Positions 16,897-24,637 of a DNA stretch of 45,936 nt are shown piece after piece. Below the pieces are notes generated by a model. It made no database searches. It saw only the letters and a program-made list of their open reading frames with translations, and was not told the DNA's origin. Positions within the stretch are counted from its first letter, which is position 1. Each line of letters begins with the position of its first letter. The position numbers were made by a program, and so were the translations under genes. The stretch lies in the IMG/VR virus record IMGVR_UViG_3300037783_000043, positions 1 through 45,936 of that record; one strand, given 5' to 3'. Origin of the DNA: a virus (taxonomy: Duplodnaviria; Caudoviricetes).

Positions 16897-17214
16897 ATGA
16901 AAGTCACTGTCACCATTGAAATCACTGACTCGGTCTTCCGGGGACTTGTGGCCGAGTCCAACGCCGCTGGGATCAGCGTCAACGCCCGTGTGGCCGAATG
17001 CGTTGCCGAATGCGTCCCTCCGCTCAAACATGCTCACCAAGGGGACTGGGCGCGGGCCGGGCTGTCTCAGTTGTCACCGAAGGAGTTCACCGAAGTCCGC
17101 CGGCGTGCGGTAATCAACGAGTGGGAAATCGAGGCGGCCGTGCGCCGATACATCGCCCGGAAACACTTCCAGACCGTAGGGCTCAGGTTGGTTCAGCAGG
17201 AGTTTGAGTTTTGA
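16897..17214 (+). CDS. Ribbon-helix-helix-like protein, paralog of 6984-7400
   Basis: MKVTVTIEITDSVFRGLVAESNAAGISVNARVAECV RHH pattern. Confidence 0.7.
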   Translation: MKVTVTIEITDSVFRGLVAESNAAGISVNARVAECVAECVPPLKHAHQGDWARAGLSQLSPKEFTEVRRRAVINEWEIEAAVRRYIARKHFQTVGLRLVQQEFEF

Positions 17215-17540
17215 GAAATCCGACCGAACCCTTGACGCTCTCCATATTATCGACCATGACTGGACTACCTTTCTTAATCATCACGATTGGCCTGTGTGGT
17301 ATTGCGTTGATTGCTACTGGCACTGCCATCATGTTTTCCACACCTTCCAAAAAGGACAGGGAGGAGACCCGGCGGAATTACGCCAAGGTGGACAGGTTAA
17401 TTTCAGAGATGGAAGAAAGCCTGAAGGAATTGGATGACGAGCATAGCCGCAGTCAAAGCGAACAGAGCCCAGGTGAGTCGGATAATGCTGGTTGTCGATT
17501 TCTGGCTTTCCCTGCTGAGCACGTTAAGAACTGTCGCTAA
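17211..17540 (+). CDS. Small single-TM protein
   Basis: LPFLIITIGLCGIALIATGTAIMF followed by a charged helix; start uncertain. Confidence 0.5.
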   Translation: MRNPTEPLTLSILSTMTGLPFLIITIGLCGIALIATGTAIMFSTPSKKDREETRRNYAKVDRLISEMEESLKELDDEHSRSQSEQSPGESDNAGCRFLAFPAEHVKNCR

Positions 17541-17555
17541 GCGCCTTAATTTTAT
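17403..17555 (-). CDS. Possible small membrane protein with ATA start (not in ORF track)
   Basis: GGAGG, 5 nt, then ATA overlapping the upstream TAA; IKLRRLATVLNVLSRESQKSTTSIIRLTWALFALTAAMLVIQFLQAFFHL. Confidence 0.35.
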   Translation of the reverse strand: MKLRRLATVLNVLSRESQKSTTSIIRLTWALFALTAAMLVIQFLQAFFHL

Positions 17556-17887
17556 GAATTCCTCCGATTGTCCAACCCAGCATCCAGATCAACCTGGATG
17601 CCGTGAGTCATTAGCACATCGAACGGACGCACCTGACCCAGGGCCATTTCTCCTGTCAGCGGAAGATGCGGATAGGCTGAGAGATCACATTGATAAGATC
17701 GAACAGTCTTCACGACAGCAAAGTGATGCCGGGTGAGATAGGCTTTTGCCTTCACTGCCGCTGCTTCGAGATCGTCACCCAACACCCAGCAGGTGGCGTA
17801 GCAGTTGCCAATTGATTGGTTCGAGTTGTCCGGAGTCGGCATCACCGTCCAAACCAAGCAACAAAGCTGTTGGTCAGGTTCACTCAC
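17552..17887 (-). CDS. Hypothetical protein co-transcribed with the putative repressor
   Basis: 4-nt overlap with the 17884-18429 ORF; 111 aa. Confidence 0.6.
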   Translation of the reverse strand: MSEPDQQLCCLVWTVMPTPDNSNQSIGNCYATCWVLGDDLEAAAVKAKAYLTRHHFAVVKTVRSYQCDLSAYPHLPLTGEMALGQVRPFDVLMTHGIQVDLDAGLDNRRNS

Positions 17888-18429
17888 GCCCGCTTCCTTC
17901 TCTTGTTGTGCCCCCCGTCCTCCTCACCGCCTTCTTCAGGCGGGTCGATCCCGGGCTTCTCGTCGGTCGCCGTCGCGTCCACGCCGCCCGATGGCGCCGG
18001 GCTGATCCGGATGCCGGATGAGGGTGATTCTCCAATCCCAACACCCTTCATGATTTTTGACAGCTCAGAGAATTCCAATGCCCGTGCTTTTGCCGTGAAG
18101 ATCCTGAGCGTATCAGCAAGCGTGGACTCGTGCAGTGTCGGCTTGAGGGTGTCAAAGTCTGGAAACCCGAAGCTCTCGGCCATCATTTTCTTGGCGGCCT
18201 GTTCGTAAATTGCGTCAGCGTGATCTGATTTAGAATGACGGATCACCTCCGATGTGAGGTCTGCCGCAATAAGATCCCTGACATAATCGCTCATGTTCGC
18301 CTTCTTCAGGCGTTTTGCTCTTACTTTTGCGGCATCCCACAGATCGTCACTGACCGAGATCGTTCTGGTCCTCTGAAACTTCTGATGGTTTGTGCCCATT
18401 TTTAACGAATTTCCCATCAGAATGCTCAT
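17884..18429 (-). CDS. Putative repressor with N-terminal RHH domain
   Basis: RTRTISVSDDLWDAAKVRAKRLKKANMSDYVRDLIAADL; leftward gene at the divergence point; no S24 autocleavage domain seen. Confidence 0.75.
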   Translation of the reverse strand: MSILMGNSLKMGTNHQKFQRTRTISVSDDLWDAAKVRAKRLKKANMSDYVRDLIAADLTSEVIRHSKSDHADAIYEQAAKKMMAESFGFPDFDTLKPTLHESTLADTLRIFTAKARALEFSELSKIMKGVGIGESPSSGIRISPAPSGGVDATATDEKPGIDPPEEGGEEDGGHNKRRKRA

Positions 18430-18492
18430 AATTCAAAGATTATTATTTTTTTGTTTGACGTTTAATCAATTTCTTATTAACTATCTTATCGC
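18430..18492. promoter_or_regulatory. Divergent promoter/operator region
   Basis: Very AT-rich 63-nt gap between divergent RHH genes; TTGACG at 18455. Confidence 0.65.
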
Positions 18493-18654
18493 ATGACCGA
18501 ATTAGAACTTGAGCAAAAATGCAGACCAAAATCACTTTCGCTGCCCGTGCCTCTTTGGAAGGCAGCAAAGAAGCGAGCCGCAGAGCTGAAGATGAATCTC
18601 AGCGAATACGTGAAATATCTTATCCGTAAAGACTTGGGATTTTTTAACGACTGA
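18493..18654 (+). CDS. Small RHH protein, Arc/Cro-position regulator (not in ORF track)
   Basis: Hand translation: MTELELEQKCRPKSLSLPVPLWKAAKKRAAELKMNLSEYVKYLIRKDLGFFND (53 aa); similar to the divergent RHH. Confidence 0.8.
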   Translation: MTELELEQKCRPKSLSLPVPLWKAAKKRAAELKMNLSEYVKYLIRKDLGFFND

Positions 18655-18672
18655 AATAATAAGAATCTTATT

Positions 18673-19470
18673 ATGACCACTACCGAAACCCACCGGGGTT
18701 CCCATCCGGAGCCGGAAAACACCCAGATCCAGACCGTAACACACGACTTGTTCGGCCAGCTCAGAATCATCACCAAAGGCGAGGAACTTTGGTTCTTTGC
18801 AAAGGAAGTAGCAGAAATCCTTGGATATTCTGATACCGACCAAGCAATTCGGAAGCATTGCCTGAAAGCCGTCGAATCGACGGGTTTGACCGGATTGGCC
18901 GGCCGGCAGCCAAAAATCATTCCCGAGTCTGATCTCTATCTGCTTGTCATGCGGTCAGGTCGCGATGAGGCGAAAGTCTTTCAGGCATGGGTCACAGAGG
19001 AAGTCCTTCCATCAATCCGCAAGACCGGCGGATACCACATCCAGAAAGCTGAGCTGACTGAGGATGAGATCGTCTACAAGGCACTTACCATACAGCAGAA
19101 GAAGATCGAGGCCGCTGAAGCCAAGATCCGTGAGCTGACCCCAAAGGCTCAATTCTGCGATGCAGTCACCGATTCCCCAGACCTTCTGACATTCACTCAG
19201 GTGGCCAAATGGCTTGGGATGAAGTCTGCTCAGGAGCTTACCAAGTGGCTCCATTCTCAGGGAATCATCTACAAGCAGAGCAAGACCTGGCTGCCATACA
19301 GCAGGTATTCCCAACTTGGATACTTCAAGATCATCACTCACACCGAGCAGGTGGACGGAGAGTCCAGGACATTTCAGCACACCAAAGTCACTCAGGCCGG
19401 CAAAGAATTCATCTTCAGGCGCTGGAATGAGTCTTCATCACTCCTGCAAACACCAAATACAGAAAACTGA
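18673..19470 (+). CDS. ant: Antirepressor (Bro-N + ANT/KilAC domains)
   Basis: WFFAKEVAEILGY, IPESDLY, FQAWVTEEVLPSIRKTGGY, PKAQFCD, TKVTQAGKEFI. Confidence 0.92.
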   Translation: MTTTETHRGSHPEPENTQIQTVTHDLFGQLRIITKGEELWFFAKEVAEILGYSDTDQAIRKHCLKAVESTGLTGLAGRQPKIIPESDLYLLVMRSGRDEAKVFQAWVTEEVLPSIRKTGGYHIQKAELTEDEIVYKALTIQQKKIEAAEAKIRELTPKAQFCDAVTDSPDLLTFTQVAKWLGMKSAQELTKWLHSQGIIYKQSKTWLPYSRYSQLGYFKIITHTEQVDGESRTFQHTKVTQAGKEFIFRRWNESSSLLQTPNTEN

Positions 19471-19490
19471 ATCAAAGAGAACCTGTTTGC

Positions 19491-19742
19491 ATGAGTAAAG
19501 ACAAACATCAAGACGAGTATCTCTCTGAGCGACTGACTCTCGCTTGGCTGGAGATATTTGAGGAATACCTCCTTTGGAGAGAGCACCAAATTGAACAGGG
19601 TAGATATAAGACCAAGAATCCAGAACGTCTATCAACTTCGATGATCACTGGATTCAAGGATTACATCAACGAAGTGTTGATCAAGGCTACTTTTAATCTG
19701 CCACCAGAAAAACGTCTAGAAATAGAACGGAAATTTCTCTGA
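19491..19742 (+). CDS. Hypothetical protein
   Basis: 83-aa ORF in the early operon. Confidence 0.6.
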   Translation: MSKDKHQDEYLSERLTLAWLEIFEEYLLWREHQIEQGRYKTKNPERLSTSMITGFKDYINEVLIKATFNLPPEKRLEIERKFL

Positions 19743-19906
19743 TGAACCAGAAGGGCCAGTCCGTAAAGCTCCAGATCACCTACCCGGACGGAGCCATCGA
19801 AACCACCTCCCACTCGACCTACACCGAAGCCGAGCGCCGGATCAGGATCACTAAGAACAGATCCGGAGCCAAGGATCTGAAAGTCAAAATCTCAATCACA
19901 CACTAA
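19742..19906 (+). CDS. Hypothetical protein (not in ORF track)
   Basis: 54 aa MNQKGQSVKLQITYPDG...; TGATG coupling to the upstream stop. Confidence 0.6.
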   Translation: MNQKGQSVKLQITYPDGAIETTSHSTYTEAERRIRITKNRSGAKDLKVKISITH

Positions 19907-19927
19907 ACCGTAAATATACAAAATTCT

Positions 19928-20131
19928 ATGACCATCATGAACACACCAGAAAAACCACATCACCCTGTATTACTACAGGAAAAAGCACTCCTTGAAACGC
20001 TCCGTAATCACGGGGTGGTGACCTCACGGAAAACCCTCCGTCGGTATCGGGAGATCGGGCTTATCGCCCATAAATACATCGGACGCCGTGTCTACTACTA
20101 CGGCAGCGCGATTGACTTCTTTCTGAAGTAG
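19928..20131 (+). CDS. Excisionase-like winged HTH protein
   Basis: SRKTLRRYREIGLIAHKYIGRRVYY...IDFFL; small and basic. Confidence 0.7.
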   Translation: MTIMNTPEKPHHPVLLQEKALLETLRNHGVVTSRKTLRRYREIGLIAHKYIGRRVYYYGSAIDFFLK

Positions 20132-20174
20132 AGCATCACCGGTCACCCTAATCTATTTCCCCAGAATAGCCATC

Positions 20175-20468
20175 ATGAAACTTGCTCCCTTCACGACTGA
20201 ATTCACCTACCGCGGATACACGGTCTTTGGCTTCTCGACCAGCGACTATCGCCGGGTCCTGTGGCAGGCACGGAAGTGCCGCTACGGGTGCGTGAAAGCC
20301 TTCGCCAGGGACATTGAGGACATCTTTAACTACATCGACCAATGCGCGAAAGAGAATACCGACAATTCATGCTCGACAATGCCATCGCGTTCTTCGGGCT
20401 CTTCACCGTCATCATCCTGTTCTTCGGAGCGGTCGAATGGCGTTATCACACTACAGTTCAGGCCATAA
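20175..20468 (+). CDS. Hypothetical protein
   Basis: Plausible N-terminal 55 aa; the Ser-rich tail overlaps the next ORF. Confidence 0.5.
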   Translation: MKLAPFTTEFTYRGYTVFGFSTSDYRRVLWQARKCRYGCVKAFARDIEDIFNYIDQCAKENTDNSCSTMPSRSSGSSPSSSCSSERSNGVITLQFRP

Positions 20469-20548
20469 AGGCCAAGCAGGAGGAGAACTGTGGGCAAGAA
20501 AAAACCCAGGCTGCGCCAACAACCTGGGAATATGAATCAACAGACTAA
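20342..20548 (+). CDS. Small single-TM protein
   Basis: AIAFFGLFTVIILFFGAV hydrophobic segment. Confidence 0.55.
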   Translation: MREREYRQFMLDNAIAFFGLFTVIILFFGAVEWRYHTTVQAIKAKQEENCGQEKTQAAPTTWEYESTD

Positions 20549-20771
20549 CAAATGTCAAATCCCTATGACAACAAAGCCTGTCAAGTCAACCATCACAGTC
20601 CGAGAGGCCTGTGTCAATGTTGATCTCAAGATCCCCGTCAGCCGGATCCGGAACGTGGAGCCCTGCGGCTCTGGAACCGTCCTGACCGTCCGGGACGATC
20701 GGAAGCGACAACACCGTTTCCTGACCGTCTGCCCATTCCACACCGTCATTCTGAAAATTCTGAAAGCATGA
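20532..20771 (+). CDS. Hypothetical protein
   Basis: Overlap-coupled ORF in the early operon. Confidence 0.55.
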   Translation: MNQQTNKCQIPMTTKPVKSTITVREACVNVDLKIPVSRIRNVEPCGSGTVLTVRDDRKRQHRFLTVCPFHTVILKILKA

Positions 20772-20774
20772 GAT

Positions 20775-21251
20775 ATGAACTCATTCAAAACGACTGATGC
20801 GTATACACGGACTCCAGACCAAATCTTCAAGTGCATTTTCCTCCAACTGATAACCGACATCATCTCCTGTCTGCATTATCGGTGGCTCGAACCTGGGACT
20901 TTAAAAGTAAATCCAAAATTGTCCCGACCAAAGACAAAATATCTCACCGGGTTCACCAAGGACGTGTGGGATGAGTTCCCGGTGATCAAGCAATACATCC
21001 ACGAACCATACTGGATGCAGGAACTGATCGACATCGCCGGCATTTCGGTATCTGCCCAGGGACTGATCGAGGCCATGAAGCGCCTGAGCCTGGACGACGT
21101 TGCCAGGATCCACCACATGATCCGCTACGGCAAAATATGGATGAATGAAGGCGAGGCTGCAGAAGCCAGTGAAGGCTGGACGCAGCTCCGGGAAACCCTC
21201 CGAAAAACACACTCAGGACCGCGATGGACCAGCAACTACAACCACGCATGA
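20775..21251 (+). CDS. Hypothetical protein, tandem paralog A
   Basis: Shares a motif series with the next ORF (F..I.D, L..G(T/S)LK, LI.(I/L)A, SEGW...R..L). Confidence 0.75.
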   Translation: MNSFKTTDAYTRTPDQIFKCIFLQLITDIISCLHYRWLEPGTLKVNPKLSRPKTKYLTGFTKDVWDEFPVIKQYIHEPYWMQELIDIAGISVSAQGLIEAMKRLSLDDVARIHHMIRYGKIWMNEGEAAEASEGWTQLRETLRKTHSGPRWTSNYNHA

Positions 21252-21721
21252 GCACCAGAGACTGTTACCCGGTTCACAAGGTCAATACCACTGATGCAAA
21301 CACCCTCGGGTCAGCACTGTTCATCAGATTCATTGATGATGTCCTGATCGCCATCTGGAACGGTTACCTGTCCGAAGGAAGCCTGAAATCAACTGTCACA
21401 GCAAAACACAGAGAGGCAGTGAAGATGAAGAACCAGAACCTCATAGAAATCATTCAGTCCATTCCAGACACGGTGGAACTGATCAACAGCCCGAAGCTGC
21501 TGGACATCCTCATCGGCCTTGCTCAGGTCGACATCACATCCGAAGCACTCATCAGAAAACTTCGATCCATCAAGAAATATCAAATCCCTCAAATATACGA
21601 GAACGCCATAAATATGAATAAAACATTCAAATTCAATCATAAATCCGAAGGCTGGAGCAAATGCCGGTCTGAGCTGTCCGGCAGATTCGTCGGTGAGCAG
21701 CCATTCGCACTGGAATACTGA
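21248..21721 (+). CDS. Hypothetical protein, tandem paralog B
   Basis: ATGA overlap with paralog A. Confidence 0.75.
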   Translation: MSTRDCYPVHKVNTTDANTLGSALFIRFIDDVLIAIWNGYLSEGSLKSTVTAKHREAVKMKNQNLIEIIQSIPDTVELINSPKLLDILIGLAQVDITSEALIRKLRSIKKYQIPQIYENAINMNKTFKFNHKSEGWSKCRSELSGRFVGEQPFALEY

Positions 21722-21738
21722 TCAACTAAATATAAACC

Positions 21739-22641
21739 ATGAGACACCTAGACCTGTTCAGCGGCATTGGCGGCTTTGCATTAGCAGCACGATGGATGGC
21801 CTGGGAAACAGTAGCGTTCTGCGATAATGAACCATATACAAGAAGAGTTATTTCCAGATATTGGCCAGGAGTGCCAATCATTGAAGACATCAGGCACATC
21901 ACCGAACCAATCGGCTGCGACATCATCACCGGCGGGTTCCCGTGTCAGCCATTCAGTCATGCCGGGAAGCAACGAGGCTCGAAGGATGACCGTTACCTCT
22001 GGCCGGAAATGCTCAGAGTTATTGCACTTGAAAGACCCACTTGGGTCGTTGGTGAAAATGTTACTGGTATCATCAGTCTGGCACTCGACCAAGTGCTTCT
22101 TGACTTGGAAAACCAAGGCTACACCGCAAGGCCGTTTGTTATTCCAGCTGTCGGCGTCGATGCCGGACACCAAAGAGCCAGGGTCTGGATTATTGGCTAC
22201 TCCAACAGCCAAAGGCAACCAGCTGGCACCGTCAATGCAATCGAAACATCCGGGGTGCGGCTTATGGGCGACTCCGACCAGCAGCGACTCGACCGGAGCC
22301 GGAAGAGCCCCGAACAAGCAAGGTGGGGACAATCTACGGACACAGGTCAGTCTCTGGCCGACACCAAGCAGCCGGGACTGGAAAGACACTCCAGGAATGG
22401 CAACAACCGGAACCAACCCGGATGGCTCGACACGAAACCGGACGGATCAACTTCCTCGCGCCGTTTATCAGACCGACACCAATGGCCAACTGAACCCGGA
22501 GTGGGTCGAGTGGTTAATGGGATACCCAATCGGGTGGACAGAATCAGAGCACTCGGAAACGCAATAGTCCCACAGGTGGCTTACAGAATATTTCAAGCAA
22601 TACAATCATCAAATTCTAAAATCAAAAATCTACATACATAA
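21739..22641 (+). CDS. C5-cytosine DNA methyltransferase, alpha (large) polypeptide
   Basis: DLFSGIGG (motif I), GGFPCQPFS (IV), ENV (VI), HQRARV (VIII), LGNAIVPQVA (X); no motif IX in this frame. Confidence 0.92.
   Translation: MRHLDLFSGIGGFALAARWMAWETVAFCDNEPYTRRVISRYWPGVPIIEDIRHITEPIGCDIITGGFPCQPFSHAGKQRGSKDDRYLWPEMLRVIALERPTWVVGENVTGIISLALDQVLLDLENQGYTARPFVIPAVGVDAGHQRARVWIIGYSNSQRQPAGTVNAIETSGVRLMGDSDQQRLDRSRKSPEQARWGQSTDTGQSLADTKQPGLERHSRNGNNRNQPGWLDTKPDGSTSSRRLSDRHQWPTEPGVGRVVNGIPNRVDRIRALGNAIVPQVAYRIFQAIQSSNSKIKNLHT
21827..22567 (+). CDS. C5-methyltransferase beta polypeptide nested in the +1 frame
   Basis: 246-aa ORF wholly inside the MTase; three L(L/W)(A/P)TP repeats and LNPEWVEWLMGYPIGWT (motif IX-like). 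Confidence 0.8.
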   Translation: MNHIQEELFPDIGQECQSLKTSGTSPNQSAATSSPAGSRVSHSVMPGSNEARRMTVTSGRKCSELLHLKDPLGSLVKMLLVSSVWHSTKCFLTWKTKATPQGRLLFQLSASMPDTKEPGSGLLATPTAKGNQLAPSMQSKHPGCGLWATPTSSDSTGAGRAPNKQGGDNLRTQVSLWPTPSSRDWKDTPGMATTGTNPDGSTRNRTDQLPRAVYQTDTNGQLNPEWVEWLMGYPIGWTESEHSETQ

Positions 22642-22644
22642 TCA

Positions 22645-23367
22645 ATGGACAAACTCATAACTATAGAACAAGAGATCAATTCACTGGAAATCGGAACAAT
22701 GTCCAGTGGGTTCGAAAAAGCCCTGACCATCGCCGGGGCAATCGATTCGCTCAAGGGCGCACTCGATGACAAGGCGATGAAGATGGTGATGAAGCTGCAG
22801 GGGTCTGCCCTGGGATTCAGAACCGACAAAGACTCCTCCGGCGGATACCCGGTGGATGTCGTCAAGGAGGCCCTGATTGAAGCCGTCCTCCGCGGTGTGC
22901 AGCCAGTTGGCAACCACTTCAACATCATCGCCGGGCGGTGCTACGTGACCAAGGAAGGCTTCGCATACCTGCTGAAGAACCTGGAGGGATTCACGGACTT
23001 CCGGCCCATATACGGGATTCCAAAAAGCCTCAACGGCGGTGCGATTGTGCCCTGTGAGGCCAGTTGGAAATACTTCGGCAAAAGCGACCGGTTGGAATGC
23101 GACATTCCAATAAAAGTGAACAGTGGAATGGGAGCCGATGCCATCCTCGGCAAGGCCGCCAGGAAACTGATGTCGCGTGTATATGCCCAGGTGACCGGTT
23201 CTGAGATGACTGATGGCGACGCCACTGAAGCGGAGGTCATTGATGTGCCAGGTAAGTCCAGATATGCACTGAAGGACCGCAGCGAAGCCAGGAACGAAGC
23301 TCCGATCGATGATCCGGATGACAACCTGGACATGGGCGATGATCAGCAGAAGGGAGGTGCCAAGTGA
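22645..23367 (+). CDS. Putative single-strand annealing recombinase
   Basis: 240 aa, GNHFNIIAGRCYVTKEG core and acidic tail; directly upstream of an exonuclease. Confidence 0.5.
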   Translation: MDKLITIEQEINSLEIGTMSSGFEKALTIAGAIDSLKGALDDKAMKMVMKLQGSALGFRTDKDSSGGYPVDVVKEALIEAVLRGVQPVGNHFNIIAGRCYVTKEGFAYLLKNLEGFTDFRPIYGIPKSLNGGAIVPCEASWKYFGKSDRLECDIPIKVNSGMGADAILGKAARKLMSRVYAQVTGSEMTDGDATEAEVIDVPGKSRYALKDRSEARNEAPIDDPDDNLDMGDDQQKGGAK

Positions 23368-24047
23368 ATCCCGACAAAGTGATCGCCCTGGACATCGAAA
23401 CCGGTCCGCTGCCACTGGAGCACCTCCAACGCATGATGCCTGAGTTTGAGGCGCCATCGAATTACAAGGACCCTGCGAAGATCCAGGCATACATTCACGA
23501 AAAGCAGGACCAGTGGATCGAGAAAGCCGCACTTTCGCCGATGACCGGTCAACTGCTGGCCTTCGGATACAAGATCCGAGGCAGTGGAATCCAGGTCTGG
23601 TGTCAGGACGAGAAAGGCTTCGTCGCCGAGAAGGATCTGATCCAGGTCTTCTGGGAGGAATATCGGCAACTGACCATGCAGGGCTTCTGCTTCGCCGGCA
23701 GCAACCTGATCGGGTTCGATTTTCAATTCCTGAAGATCCGGTCCCACATCATGAAGATAGAACTCCCGCCAGCGATTACCTGGTCACGCTACGGCACTGA
23801 AGCCGGCACATTCGACATCCAGGACTGGTGGAACTTCTGCCCGGGTCAAAACCGGGACAAAGTCGGCCTGGACTCGATGGCCAAGGCCCTTGGGTTCCAA
23901 GGAAAGAACGGAGACGGGGCCTTGTTTTACCAGATGTTCAAGGATGACCCGGAGGCTGCAATTCAATACCTCGAAAACGACATCGACATGACACGCAAAG
24001 TCATCGATGTGATCTGCCCGAAAACCAAACCCCGCGTCGACGCATAA
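23364..24047 (+). CDS. DEDD-family 3'-5' exonuclease (PolB-exo-like)
   Basis: ExoI LDIET, ExoII GSNLIGFD, ExoIII YLEND. Confidence 0.88.
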   Translation: MNPDKVIALDIETGPLPLEHLQRMMPEFEAPSNYKDPAKIQAYIHEKQDQWIEKAALSPMTGQLLAFGYKIRGSGIQVWCQDEKGFVAEKDLIQVFWEEYRQLTMQGFCFAGSNLIGFDFQFLKIRSHIMKIELPPAITWSRYGTEAGTFDIQDWWNFCPGQNRDKVGLDSMAKALGFQGKNGDGALFYQMFKDDPEAAIQYLENDIDMTRKVIDVICPKTKPRVDA

Positions 24048-24066
24048 CATTCAAAGAATTATACAC

Positions 24067-24333
24067 ATGAACCCAGCAAAGAAGAAAGCCATAGAACTAG
24101 CGCTAGAGCTGCTTGATTTCCAGTGGGATAAAATAGCCGAGGAAATATCAAACCGCCACGCATCAGGAGACGACATGACATTCGGCATCACATTTAAGTT
24201 GGCATGCCGAACCCCGGACAAACTGATGGCGAGCCTTCGATATTCCACGCCGCATGTATTGGAAGTCAGCGGCCAAATCGAAGACCCAAACCAGCCAGGA
24301 CTGTTTGATGATGAGGAGGGCAGCGATGAGTAA
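24067..24333 (+). CDS. Hypothetical protein with C-terminal QPGLF motif
   Basis: 88 aa, operonic. Confidence 0.7.
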   Translation: MNPAKKKAIELALELLDFQWDKIAEEISNRHASGDDMTFGITFKLACRTPDKLMASLRYSTPHVLEVSGQIEDPNQPGLFDDEEGSDE

Positions 24334-24637
24334 GCACAAGAAATACCCGGCAGACACGCCTTTGACCCTGCAAATGGTCATAGATCACCATTACCGCATC
24401 GGGAATACTGCCGGCGCAAGTAGGTGGGAAGAGTGGGTTGAACCGCCCCCGCCAGAACCCAAAGACGGGGAGCTTTGGTTGGTTGAGGATGAGGATGGGT
24501 GTCAGTCGGTGAGATGGTATCAGTCAGGACAGTGGTATATATATCGTAAGAACGATGGAATATATCAAGTGTCAGGACCGAAACAGCTCAGGCCAATTGA
24601 GCTCATCCTTACAGCGGAGGTGGAAGATGCCAGCTAA
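24326..24637 (+). CDS. Hypothetical protein, tandem paralog C
   Basis: DTPLTLQM...PEPKDGELWL shared with the next ORF; GAGGAGG upstream. Confidence 0.75.
   Translation: MSKHKKYPADTPLTLQMVIDHHYRIGNTAGASRWEEWVEPPPPEPKDGELWLVEDEDGCQSVRWYQSGQWYIYRKNDGIYQVSGPKQLRPIELILTAEVEDAS

Noticed and set aside
22681-23532. Long minus-strand ORFs (also 21781-22416, 31222-32067, 34004-34834, 36903-37598)
   Set aside because: Antisense shadows of well-supported + strand genes in GC-rich DNA, with no recognisable motifs.
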